Assembly (NCBI GenBank): GCA_002633005.1
Contig: NMRA01000002.1
Span: forward strand, 197,467-261,466
Origin: Phoronis australis
Lineage: Eukaryota > Animalia > Phoronida
DNA: 64,000 bases
Direction: 5' to 3'
Shown: positions 1-11,844 of the stretch, piece after piece
Layout of the letters: every line of letters starts with the position of its first letter
Position numbering within the stretch: position 1 is the first letter of the stretch
Position numbers and translations under genes: made by a program
The notes under the pieces: model-generated
What the model saw: only the letters and a program-made list of their open reading frames with translations
Databases searched by the model: none
What the model was told of the DNA's origin: nothing

Positions 1-389
1 ACATATGTAGACACTAGGTACAAAGTACACAGATTTGTTGATAAGGTATTAAATAACCTAAATCTATGAAGATATCAGTAGGTAAACCTTAGGTCAGCAA
101 CCAACAGGGCTATGAACCTGGTGTTATGCATATCAGGGGTGTCAAATTACAACTGGTGGCAGCCTGATAATTTTGTGGAGCCTGTGGTCTCATAGTGTTG
201 GCAGGCCATGTGCATGTGACCCACGAATAATCTTCAATACTTCAAATGGATATTCAACGCAAACAAGTCATGCTAGATTAATATACCCGTAAGCAGAATT
301 TCCAACAAGCTAAGCAAAATGTACAACCAGAGGGTGTACACAATTTTTTTCTGAAAATACACCCAAGTCGTATACAGGCCCTAAATTCC

Positions 390-720
390 TCGATTTTGGG
401 GCAGAATATCGGCCCAATTCCCCTCTGAAGAATATTGAAAAATCATGCAAAATTCCACTCATGATGTCCAAAAATTCCTCTCAAATGATTTAAAATTTCC
501 CACTAGGTTCGATTCACTTGTTACTCGCACAGGTAGCTATTTGAAAGACCACAAAATGTTAGTTTTGGCTTCTCGAGGAAGAGCCTACATGGGGTTTTGC
601 AGCAGGGTGGGGGTGCTTAATTTATGGTGATTGGGATGTAACATTTTTCCCTCACTCCGAAATATCCCCATCTCAGAAGGCACAGGTATCTTTCTCCTGT
701 GGATGAACGAGGGCCCTGGT
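390..720 (+). repeat. Dispersed repeat family R2, copy 1
   Basis: Alignable with 5490-5830 (same strand) and 30240-30545 (reverse): ttttgggg..aa.atcg.ccc.attcccctctgaa.aatattgaaaaatca...tctcagaaggcac. Confidence 0.7.
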
Positions 721-823
721 GAAGAAGCAGGTCATAGTATTAGGCATAGAGACTAGGTGGATGTCTCATAGATCAGCAACTGCCTCTAGTTACCGTACTT
801 CAATAGGACACAGTAAAGTGTAT

Positions 824-1247
824 TTAAGTGCCGTTTACACTTACAAACTTGGCACGGATCAGCTGACACGGAACAAGTTGTACTAGTGTTTAAACGGACT
901 GACACGGAGCAAATTGACACCGCGGTGACAAATTTTTGCCACCCGTTTGTGAGTTAGAGCAATTTGCACCTGAACATCTTATGCCGTGTCAATTATAAGT
1001 CTAAACGTGAAACTGGAGCAAGGCGGAAAGGATCATCTCAACTGCGCTTGAGCAATGACCTTCATATGGGTTCTTTGTCACTGCAACTCTCGTCATTTGT
1101 AAACCATGTGTGATCCACTCTTTCCAGCCTGCAATTTCCGTCTTGCCACCGTTAGTGAGTTGTGTGTGTAAATGGTCCCTTGACACGGGTCAATTTGCTC
1201 AGTGTCAGTTGCGCAGGGCCAAAAGTTGATGTCTAAATGGGACTTTA
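824..1247. mobile_element. Degenerate MITE-like element (PIF/Harbinger-like ends)
   Basis: Imperfect terminal inverted repeats taagtgccgtttacac / gtctaaatgggacttta; internal repeated gacacgg and caaatt(t)g motifs. Confidence 0.45.
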
Positions 1248-1515
1248 GTCATAATGTAGGCATTCAGTACAACAAAAACACTTACTGTTCAGTGCTGTTA
1301 ATAGTCAGGGACAATAGGTCAAGTGCAGCATGGCAACACCTTCCCCCTACTCCCAGTAATAAATATAACAAATGACCGGCTACCAGATTAAAAGGCCTAA
1401 TTCCATTTTTGTTTTTCAGCACCTTAAACAGGGCAGAATGCAGCTTAAAACTCCTGACAAAAAAACTTTCCTAACAATACCTCTGAAAGCAAAGTCTAGT
1501 GACTAATGAACCTAC

Positions 1516-1662
1516 CATACACCAAAAGGTAAGAAACTTTAACTTGTGTGCAATCGTTCCAAGAAATGTAAAGTTAGAAGAGACCGGGTGGACATACAAA
1601 AAGTCATACAATAAGGCATAGAACTGTACAGTAAATATAACCAACGTCACTAAGGCATGCAT
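1516..1662 (-). CDS. AIG1/ADTRP (FAR-17a) family first coding exon, variant A (49 aa)
   Basis: MHALVTLVIFTVQFYALLYDFLYVHPVSSNFTFLGTIAHKLKFLTFWCM: N-terminal hydrophobic helix, then KFLTF (cf. human AIG1 GGSWKFLTFIDL, catalytic Thr). ATG at 1662; phase-0 donor ATG|GTAGGT at 1515. Confidence 0.75.
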
Positions 1663-2722
1663 CTTGCCAGCTTGATCCCAAAGTCCTTTGTGTGCTTATC
1701 TGTATTACAGTTTTACAGCAGGTAAAATTAAATGTTTATTTTCCATGAGGTCATATTACACTACCAGTGCCACCTATTGGGACAAACTTTGACTTACAAT
1801 AACAATTTGAGATCGACAGGTTATTGTCACCACTTTAACTTAAAGAAGACTGTAAAGCGGTAAACAGGCTAAATTGAAATATTGAAGTGGTTCTCTGCCA
1901 CTGACACTGAATTCAACCTGCTCACCAGGTATTTTTAGGGTTTGTTCGTAAAGATTTTTAATTTCTGTTCATATCAAAGCATTTTCTTTTAGTTTCAAAA
2001 AATTATCTGTCAACTGCTTGCCACTTCGTCCATTTTTCTCCCACAAGGGAAAGCACGCTTCCTCATTTGGTACAGCAAGACATATAGACGTAGCAAATTT
2101 TTCACGTAAGGAAAATGTCACCTTTGACCTCAAGCGACTTCAAGCAACTAACTGCGAGTGCATGCACGCATTATCACAAGTGTGAGGAAGATTAGAAACC
2201 ATGTTGTAACCATAGAGTTTTTCCATCAGGCGTATTTCAAAAATCGTGAATTTTGTGATTGTTTCTGGAAGTTTCCTCACAGGGGAAAGTAAAGTAAATT
2301 CCGCTGAACTAGACATTGCGAGATGGTACTTTCAACAGGAATTGTTTTAAAAATATCTTTGACGAGCTTTCGCGATCCATGCCTCTTTAACCCTACACAC
2401 TCTGATAGTGCTATTAGATCAATGTACCTTTCTTGTTAAATTTTACTGAACATGGTCAAGTGATTCATTAAATAACACATCGGTAACAACTTAAAAATCA
2501 AATTCTTCAGGCTTTCTACTTTCAGTAAATATATCTGTATTTTTATTGAGCTAAAATCTACAGCTTTTTGGATATTTGGCTGAATACGCAGTCTTGTCAA
2601 TAACACCCAACATAACCTTTAAGTTGCATATTTACTGCATGTATGCATGTGCAGCATTGCATATTAATTTGCAAATATAGTTCAACTGGCTGATAGCCAT
2701 CATGCCTAAAGTTGTGCTAATT

Positions 2723-2875
2723 AGGGCTCAGTTGCATAAAACTTCAAAAGTTATCCGCTGGAAAAGTTTGTTTGTTGCATGACATCAGATGCATTGTTCA
2801 ACAAAAACAGTGTGTCCATGATAATGCGAAGTCATTGTTGTTATACAGTGTGTAACTTTTATGCAACTGAGCCCT
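2723..2875. mobile_element. 153-bp MITE
   Basis: Perfect 19-bp TIR agggctcagttgcataaaa / ttttatgcaactgagccct. Confidence 0.75.
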
Positions 2876-4429
2876 GGTTTAGTGCTCCATTGTTCACAAA
2901 CACATTTTGGCAAGGGAAAAACTAGGCTCGTCGGAAAACATTCCAAAAGACATGACAATGAGTTTTATATTTAAATCCTCCTGGGCACCACCACTCATAC
3001 ACGCCACCAATATCACCTCATGGCTTCAATTCATTGTGGATTCAATACAAATTACGAGCACGTTTACTTGCCTCAAGCTTTCAATTGCCATGATTGGTTT
3101 AACATAGGGAAGACACCGGGATCACGTCAGGAAGCGGTCTTGCAGCATTGCCACATTTTTTTGTACGTGTCTCTGATAAATTACCTTAGAGCACCTGAAT
3201 GTCCGCAAGCTGCAGACAGCAATGTATTTCAGAACTATAAGTCAGAGGCCTGTGCTCAGACAGTAATCTTTTGATCTACCCATGAACCCGGTTCCCTGAG
3301 CAGCAAAAGCCCTCTGTCGGGCAATGGCATGTCTTAGTTTGCGCATTTACTTTGCTACGCACATGCCCATCTGAACACCCTTGATTACCTAATGTTCACA
3401 GTATCGAGGGTAAAATATAACAGCAAGAGTCTTGTTTGAGTTGCCGGCTTCAATGCTAGGAGCTCGATAAAAAAATGAAGTGATCCATGCTAAATCATTT
3501 TATTAAAGAAAAAAACAGTGGCTCCTGAGTTTTTGAAGCCCCATGGTGACTCATTGCCACCATGATGACATGGTGACTTAATTGGCAAGTTTTTCAAATA
3601 TTTCATTGATTGTTTTCATGAAGATGTTTTTTCTTGGGGAATTCTTTGGTACGCTATTGCAATTGATGGCCAAGAATACTAAGGTCCCAGCTGCTCCGAA
3701 ACCCTTCAAAGCAGTAAAACAACGTAGATGGTCAATATGCTAGTAGTGAGTTTTGTAGCAGCAGCGAAACTGGTCCTTGGAATCAGGTCAGCGTAAAACT
3801 CAGAAAATGTATTTTGATATGATTTACCAGAAAGTCACATGTCCGTTACAATTAAAAAATGTCCTCGCAAAAAACATAAAAAGGAATAGTTTGTACTCCA
3901 AACTTGAAAACTTAAAGTGATTTCTGATTAGTTGAATTTCATTGAACGACTGGAAACATTTGTAGAATAAATCAAAAACATGATTATTACATAATGCTGT
4001 AGTACTCCTGTTTACCTGATAATGAATGCATCTGATTTTTTAAAAATCCGATTAAAGATATTTAGGAAAATGTCCCAAGTTGGCCAACTTCAAAACATCA
4101 CCTCTCAGAACTGGCCAATAGGATTCCCGTGAAAACTTCAGATGCTTTTTGCACTATTCTCCAAAGTTCTAAGTTATGATTCGTCTTTAAAATGCTCCAC
4201 TTCTGTATAATGGCAATCAAAAAACAAAATATTGTCACTAAGCCAAATAATGACAGACTGGTAAAAAGACAAAAATCAAATTCTACTAGATTAACACTTC
4301 TTTGAAATATACATACTTTTACTAAAGGCCCGTTAATACTAACTTAACTATGGTATGAGTGTAGCGTTGGTGTAAACTGCGAAGTTAATAGTCCTTTTGC
4401 AAGTTTATAGCAATAACGCGAGATTATGT

Positions 4430-4600
4430 GAGACTAAATGTGACGTCACCGGAAGTGGGGTAAAATCTTGTCGTTTGGCCATTTGCCCGATACGGTAGCA
4501 GAGTGTATTCTGTTGTTTACTTCGAACTTTTAATCTTTTAGTGTGAAAAATGCCAAACAAGCATTTCTGTTATGGCAAATGAAATTCAGATTCGCACTAC
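4430..4600 (+). mobile_element. Possible DNA-transposon remnant with a decayed THAP-like start
   Basis: gtgacgtcaccggaagt motif, then 4550-4600 reads MPNKHFCYGK*NSDSHY, resembling the MxxxHCCYGxCxSDSRY start of transposon-associated THAP domains; has an in-frame stop. Confidence 0.35.
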
Positions 4601-5489
4601 AATACCTTCCATCGCGTTCTGTACTAATTTCGTCCTGTGTATTTTAAACAGCAAAATCCGCTCACTGATTAAGTTTTCACCTCGCCAAAAATACATTCTA
4701 CACCTAAAATTATCACCTACTAAGGCGCTTACATTCTTCAGTGATTCTTTCTGCTTCTAAACATATCTTTGATGAAGCTTAGCTACGGGAATTCAGGTGA
4801 CTTTGGCGAAGAATTCCAACTCCACAGTTTGGTTACTGTTAACTTTGTCCGCGTGCGCGATAACCACAAAGTATTTCAACTGAGTCAGATGAGTAGGCCT
4901 GAGGTAAAAGCTATCGCGAGATTGAGCAAAGCGCGTGACCTGGCGCGTGACACTTGCACAATAGCATGTGAAAATATCAAGTGAAATTTGTAAGATTTGT
5001 GTCCCTTGGACTTTTTGTTTGTCAACAGGCGTGATTTCACATAACTTCCTCAAAATGGTGCCCGGTGAGAGAAACTCGAGCAAACCGCGAAGTTTTTATG
5101 GATATGTTCAAGTTATTTGTAGATAACCATAGGTGATGCTGTCATCACCGAAGTAATCACAAGGTGGCGCTGATGCATCCCATGTGCGCTAAGATTTTTT
5201 TAACGAGACAATTTGAGAACATTGACAACAATTAGAGGGTTGTGTCATTACTAATAGTTACTTAATAATATGTTATGTTAGAATTTGTATTTTATTTGCC
5301 TAAATACACAAAACTTGCCGATCTAAGGTCCTACATAACTATAAATAAAAACACTTTAATAATTAGTTACTAAGTTAATATATATTCTGTTGAAGCAATA
5401 GAGTAGTTGATGGACAGTGTGCAGATTTTCCAGCATTTTTAACCATTTTCTGCCATCACCATGCAATCAAATTGCCACTGATGTGCCTG

Positions 5490-5830
5490 GGCCCTCAATT
5501 TTGGGGCCAAACATCGTCCCCATTCCCCTCTGAAAAATATTGAAAAATCACATGAAATTTCCTTCATGAGGCCCAAAAATTCCCCTCAAGTGATTGATAA
5601 CTTTCCCTCAAGGTTCAAATCACTTGTACCCCACACAGGTGGCAATTTGAAAGAGCACAAAAAGTTTATTTTTGGCTACTAAAGGCAGACCCTATGAGAG
5701 CTTTCAAAAGAGGTGAGGGGTGCTATTGATGAATAGCGGGGGGCGTAGAATTTTCCACTCACCCCAAAAAATTCACCTCTCAGAAGGCACAGTCACTTTT
5801 CCCCTCATCGGGTGATAAAGGGCCCGGCGT
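5490..5830 (+). repeat. Dispersed repeat family R2, copy 2
   Basis: Homologous to 390-720 and to the reverse complement of 30240-30545. Confidence 0.7.
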
Positions 5831-6519
5831 GCATCAGGATGATCGGATGATTCACACAAAAATGTCCTGTCTCAAAATGTCCGTGAATGTAAGAAATTGC
5901 ATCACGTCCCATGTTGTCTTGCACAAAGTGAAGAGAAAGGCCTTTTGTGCTTTCACTGTGCTGAAGAGTAGTATGTCAAACTTGTTCGCCTGAATCTAAG
6001 AAAATGTTCCTTAATCTTAATATAGACGGAAGATATTGGTATACTTTGATATTATTTAAATAATACATCTTAGCTCGGATAACAGCAACTAACGGCCTTT
6101 TTATACATCATGTGCACCAACCTAGACTAACAGGGCAAGAAAATATTGTGCTCATGATGTCTCTAAGTTCCCAATACCTTTAGCATTGGATTGCAAAGAC
6201 AGAGAGTCATGAATTAAAATGCAAAATAAATTGTGTAGGCCTAATACATATGTTGTATGGGGTCAATGCAATGATAAGACGATGCTAAACTCGAAAACCC
6301 AAATTTACTTCACAGAACGACAATACTTCACTAAGTTTAGGATCCAAAATCGCATGGTATAAGGGCTCCAATTAATTTGTCTCCAAAATGGTTACAGAAC
6401 TACTGAAGGTGTCTCCCTAACCCACACTTATATAAAGCGCATAGCACTCATTGAGCGCACTGCACTCATTGCAGGGGAGACTCCTACTTCTAGAAACTTC
6501 CAAACAAAACTGCACTCAC

Positions 6520-6660
6520 CGCATTTACGAAAGTGAGATACTTGAACCGTTCACCGAAGATGCCATCCCAGAGCCCAGGTATGTAAAGATGTTCATAACA
6601 ATACACATACAAACCAAATATACTAAGGTGGAATGTGAAAACCAGACCAGTTGAAGACAT
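6520..6660 (-). CDS. AIG1/ADTRP family first coding exon, variant B (47 aa)
   Basis: MSSTGLVFTFHLSIFGLYVYCYEHLYIPGLWDGIFGERFKYLTFVNA. FGERFKYLTF matches the family [FY]GGx[WF]K[FY]LT motif; consensus phase-0 donor GCG|GTGAGT at 6519. Confidence 0.85.
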
Positions 6661-7166
6661 GTTAGTGCTAAACAGGTCACAGCTTAGATGATAAGAACCA
6701 GTTGTCTGCAGCACCACTTTGACAATGGAAAAAGTTCACAATGTAGCGCTAGAGTTGATACTTTCTGCTTCCAGCTAAGTTACATTTTTATTGTTGTTAT
6801 TGTTGTGTGGGTCACATAAAGTAACAGCATTGACCATGAATGATGTTATAAAAAGTGTACCAAATTTTAGAGTAGTAAGTTACATTCTCCTCAGACAAAA
6901 ATCAACAAGTTGGCTTGTGTCCATAATAGAAGCCATGCTTGTTCAATACCAAGGAAGACTACTTTACTTGCAGCATACAATTGTTCCTTCTAAGGCAAAT
7001 TTTCAGTTTTGGGTGTTTCAGTAGTAATACCAAATCCTGCCAACAGAGGACATGCAGGGTGAACTCTGCAGACAACATTTATAGATGTTCCCTTGGCCAC
7101 AAGATAATGAAACTCCAAAGGTTATACCAATATTATTTCAGTTACTGAAAGTTTATATACTGTACT

Positions 7167-7583
7167 TGTTGATGCACTATTTTATTTTGCAGTGCGTAAG
7201 GCTACGTCATAGTACGTGTGTCAATTGGTTAAGCTTCTTATATAACAGACTTTCCGGTACTATCTGACCTTCTTGACATGAACCGCTATACTGCTAACGC
7301 GTACAACGCTAACGATGTTTTTTTATGGAGCCTAGAGCCTATATCATTGTAAGTTTATACTATTTTTCTTTTAAGGCCTCTTGCTCTCGATTGGGCTATC
7401 TCTCGGTTGTTCGGAAACGTATCACTTCCCTCTCGAAAGGGCAATGGAACTATGTAGTGACCATCTGCGTGCTGAACGCCTCGGTTCACAACATGTAGGA
7501 ATCGTCTGTCGTCTTGGGAGTAGACGGCGTCGTCCTTCTCGTTAGCAGCATATTCGCAAAAGTCGTATTCGAATAATTTCTGA
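7167..7583 (-). mobile_element. BEL/Pao LTR retrotransposon fragment (pol linker region plus possible LTR end)
   Basis: Minus-strand peptide YSQDDRRFL...DGHYIVPLPFRE...FPNNREIAQSRARGLKRK matches the BEL/Pao pol region upstream of RT (SxED..., DGxYxVxLPW/F, LPxNxxxAxxRxxxL). The insert starts with TGTT at 7167, exactly where the duplicated flank diverges; it is truncated by the N at 7584. Confidence 0.7.
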
Positions 7584-7684
7584 NTGAACTCTGCAGACAA
7601 CATTTATAGATGTTCCCTTGGCCACAAGATAATGAAACTCCAAAGGTTATACCAATATTATTTCAGTCACTGAAAGTTTATATA

Positions 7685-7787
7685 CTGTACTCGTCCGGGT
7701 TACGGCCCATGCTCGGCTTACCGCCCACCCCTTGTTTTTTAAGATTCCCAATTTAAGCGCCCTGGGCTGTAACGCAGACCAGTACTG
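7685..7787. mobile_element. Short degenerate TA-flanked MITE, related to 32915-33164
   Basis: Imperfect TIR ctgtactcgtccgggttacggccca / tgggctgtaacgcagaccagtactg, TA on both sides; shares the gctc.g.t.accgccca motif with the 250-bp MITE. Confidence 0.55.
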
Positions 7788-7993
7788 TAATAAAGCATAC
7801 AAAAATTTGATACATACAAACATATTGCAGTACTTTTATCTTATTCACAACAGTGCATCTTCACTCCACTTAACATACCGTGCATTAAAGGGGCACTTCA
7901 CTGATATTTAGTTCTCGTTGTTGAGTCCTAAACCAAAACGATGTTTAAAAATACAACCAGACTCATCTGATCCCGAGTTGCTTGCCACATGAG

Positions 7994-10900
7994 CCGGCAA
8001 CTCAAATTACAAGCAATACATACGGTACATCCATTTCCAACATTCAAAAAGCAGGACACTTCAACCTAGGCCATATAGGAAGGAGAAGATGCATAAAATT
8101 GCTAATTGTCCTGCATTTTGAAGGGTTGTCCTGCTAATGGGCACATGGCAAAATAGATTTATCACCTAATATTATTATGATATTCCACATGATATATTTA
8201 TAACCCCTAGCCCAGTTTTTCTGTTGAACTAAAGTGACAAACAGTGCAATGGCATTTTGAGGTGTTGAGGTGGGTTTTTCAATCTGTCCTTTTGGCCCCA
8301 GCTTTATATCCGATTGTCTCGCTTTTTCAATGCCGAGTCCCGTTTTCTCATTTTCAAATGTTAGCAAATAGGCACGGTACAAGGTAACAGCCAGAATCAC
8401 CATGGCGAAGTTTTTTAGTCTTGCTTGTGAAATAGAACAGGGAAGTGAGGTAAATAATGTGGAAAAGCACAATAATATAAAATAATATGTAAATTTTGTT
8501 GCATGAGTCAAAAAGCGGGACACTGAAGTGCTGTGACAGGAGGCGGGACAAAGCTTCAAAAAGCAGGTCCAAATGCGAGGCAGTTGGTAAGTAATTCTTG
8601 ACATTCATAAAAAGCAGTTCATCTGAATCAGTCATCAGGGCCAAATTTCCACTACCCAGAAAAATTCCTGGCCAGGGCGCGCCTTATGATAAAAAGTGTA
8701 CCTTTTTTCAAAAAGTTGCACCCAGAGAGCGCACTGCTGTAATGTAATTGTGCATTTTTATTTTTTTATGTGCTAGTGGTGCAAAGACGCAGTCCAAGAA
8801 TATCCCTGGCTACCACAACCAAAAACACAGATGGCATTTTCAGTCAATCCTACGAAATGGAACGTGAAATATGGGTAAGTTGCGTGGAAAAGCACAGTAG
8901 TACATCAGTTTCGGGCATTTGAATAACCAGAAACAAAACAAAACAAAACAAAAAAGAAACACATAAAACAGTTGATTTTCATAATATTGGAGTTCAAAAG
9001 CCAGTGCAGTATAGGACCTGAAAGTCTAGCCATGAAGTGGTTGATCTAGGATATCACAAGGGGGGCCCACCATTTTGTCAGTAAACATTTGCGCAAAGCA
9101 CGATTTTAGATGTGCATAGCACCGAATGGGGGGAGGTTGGGAGGGGGGGCGAACCCCCCCTCGGCCGCCAAGAACATTTTTCTGTTTTTTCCTCTAAAAA
9201 TCAAGCATTTTCCTTGATTCCTGAAGTATTATCCAAGAAAAAAGAAGCAAAGGAAAAAAATACAGAGAACATGTCTAACTTGAAAAATTGCAATTACCAC
9301 AGACTCAAACTCATGCCCTGCACCACGATTTCACTCGTACATTGATTGACATTCTAAGAGACCTACTTGTTTATGGTCCACAGCGTTTGCGCACGAAACC
9401 TACTTCTTTTTGTAAAATTTTTACACTTTTCATATTTTGTGCAATCAGTTCATAACAAATTTGTTGTATTTAAAATAGTCTTCAATTGCCCAAAAGACCA
9501 AATCCGTTTTTTTGTGTTGGCATTAATGACGCGGTTGCTTTGGAAATCGTCTTAAGTTAAGGTTGACAAAGAGAGTAAATGAGTTTCTGGGTGATTCACT
9601 AAGGCTTCGATTAAAATTCACATCTTACCAGCAGCTTGTTTTTTCATCGTCAATCAGATTCCATTTTCTTTAAAAAATGAATTTTCTTCATTGCACAGTG
9701 AAGCAGACAATGGAAACGGAGTCGTAGTGTGCAGCGCCACTGCCGGTCGTCTGAGATATTGCGGGAGAGCCTATACTAAGCCATAGTTCCATTACGATTG
9801 CGCTGCGTTCCGAATTTGACACTTGAAATTGGATCTGAGCCCCCAACACACTAAAACTGCACATATTTAAATCTTGTTTCAGCCGTAAAATGTAACCAGG
9901 GTTAATTAATAAACTCAACATTTCTCTACGCTCTTCCTGTTTTATTTTTTGTGCCCCCCCCCCCCNCATAGTGAATAGATGTATCTTGTAGATCTCTAGA
10001 ATAAACCCACGTAAAACCGTAACACAGAGTTTTGTTTGAAAGAGGTTTTCATACACCGGCAACTCAAATTACAGGCAATACATACATCCATTTCCAACAT
10101 TCAAAAAGCAGGGCATTTCAACCTAGGCCATATAGGAAGGAGAAGATGCATAAAATTGCTAATTGTCCACATGATATATTTATAACCCCTAGCCCAGTTT
10201 TTCTGTTGAACTAAACTAAAGTGAAAAACAGTGCAATGGCATTTTGAGGTGTTGAGGTGGGTTTTTCGATCTGTCCCTTTGGCCCCAGCTGTTCTGCACG
10301 GTACAAGGACAGAATCACCATGGCGAAGTTGTTTAGTCTTGCTTGTGAAATAGAACAGGGAAGTGAGGTAAATAATGTGGAAAAGCACAATAATATAAAA
10401 TAATATGTAAATGTTGTTGCATGAGTCAAAAAGCGGGACACTGAGGTGCTGTGACAGGAGGCGGGACAAAGCTTCAAAAAGCAGGTCCAAATGCGAGACA
10501 GTTGGTAAGTAATTCTTGACATTCATAAAAAGCAGTTCATCTGAATCAGTCATCAGGGCCAAATTTCCACTACCCAGAAAAATTCCTGGCCAGGGCGCAC
10601 CTTATGATAAAAAGTGTACCTTTTTTCAAAAAGTTGCGCCCAGAGAGCGCACTGCTGTAATGTAATTGTGTATTTTTATTTTTTATGTGCTAATGGTGCA
10701 AAGACGCAGTCCAAGAATATCCCTGGCTACCACAACCAAAAACACAGATGGCATTTTCAGTCAATCCTACAAAATGGAACGTGAAATATAGGTAAGTTGC
10801 CTGGAAAAGCACATAAAAATATACAGTGGTACATCAGTTTCGGGCATTTGAACAACCAGAAACAAAACAAAACAAAACAAAACAAAAATGAAACACATAA

Positions 10901-11844
10901 AACAGTTGATTTTCATAATATTGGAGTTCCAAAGCCAGTGCAGTATAGGACCTGAAGGTCTAACCATGAAGTGGCTGATCTAGGATATCACAAGGGGGGC
11001 CCACCATTTTGTCAATAAACATTTGCGCAAAGCACGATTTTAGATGTGCATAGCATTTTCCTTGATTCCTGAAGTATTATCCAAGAAAAAAGAGGCAAAG
11101 GAAAAAAATATGGAGAACACGTCTAACTTGAAAAACTGCAATTACCACAGACTCTAACTCATGCCCTGACGGATAGAGCACGCATGCTTTACCACTGCAC
11201 CACGATTTCACTCGTACATCGATTGACATTCTAAGAGACCTACTTGTTTATGGTCCACAGCGTTTGCGCACGAAACCTACTTCTTTTTGTAAAATTTTTA
11301 CACTTTTCATATTTTGTGCAATCAGTTCATAACAAATTCGTTGTATTTAAAATAGTCTTCAATTGCCCAAAAGACCAAATCCGTTTTTTTTGTGTTGGCA
11401 TTAATGACGCGATTGCTTTGGAAATCGTCTTAAGTTAAGGTTGACAAAGAGAGTATTATGAGTTTCTGAGTGATTCACTAAGGCTTCGATTAAAATTCAC
11501 ATCTTACCAGCAGCTTGTTTTTTCATCGTCAATCAGATTCCATTTTCTTTAAAAAATGAATTTTCTTCATTGCACAGTGAAGCAGACAATGGAAACGGAG
11601 TCGTAGTGTGCAGCGCCACTGCCGGTCGTCTGGGATATTGCGGGAGAGCCTATACTAAGCCATAGTTCCATTACGATTGCGCTGCGTTCCGAATTTGACA
11701 CTTGAAATTGGATCTGAGCCCCCAACACACTAAAACTGCACATATTTAAATCTTGTTTCAGCCGTAAAATGTAACCAGGGTTAATTAATAAACTCAACAT
11801 TTCTCTACGCTCTTCCTGTTTTATTTTTTGTGCCCCCCCCCCCC
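7994..11844 (+). repeat. About 1.9-kb near-tandem duplication (7994-9965 vs 10056-11844), probable uncollapsed haplotypes
   Basis: High identity with scattered SNPs and indels; a single N at 9966 sits at the end of copy 1. Explains the paired near-identical ORFs in the ORF track. Confidence 0.85.
9034..9556 (+). mobile_element. Non-autonomous DNA transposon family R1 (CAGTGGCGGATCT-type end)
   Basis: Also present at about 10970-11435 and, inverted, at about 49835-50352, where the end reads cagtggcggatctaggatatcacaggggggg. Confidence 0.65.
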
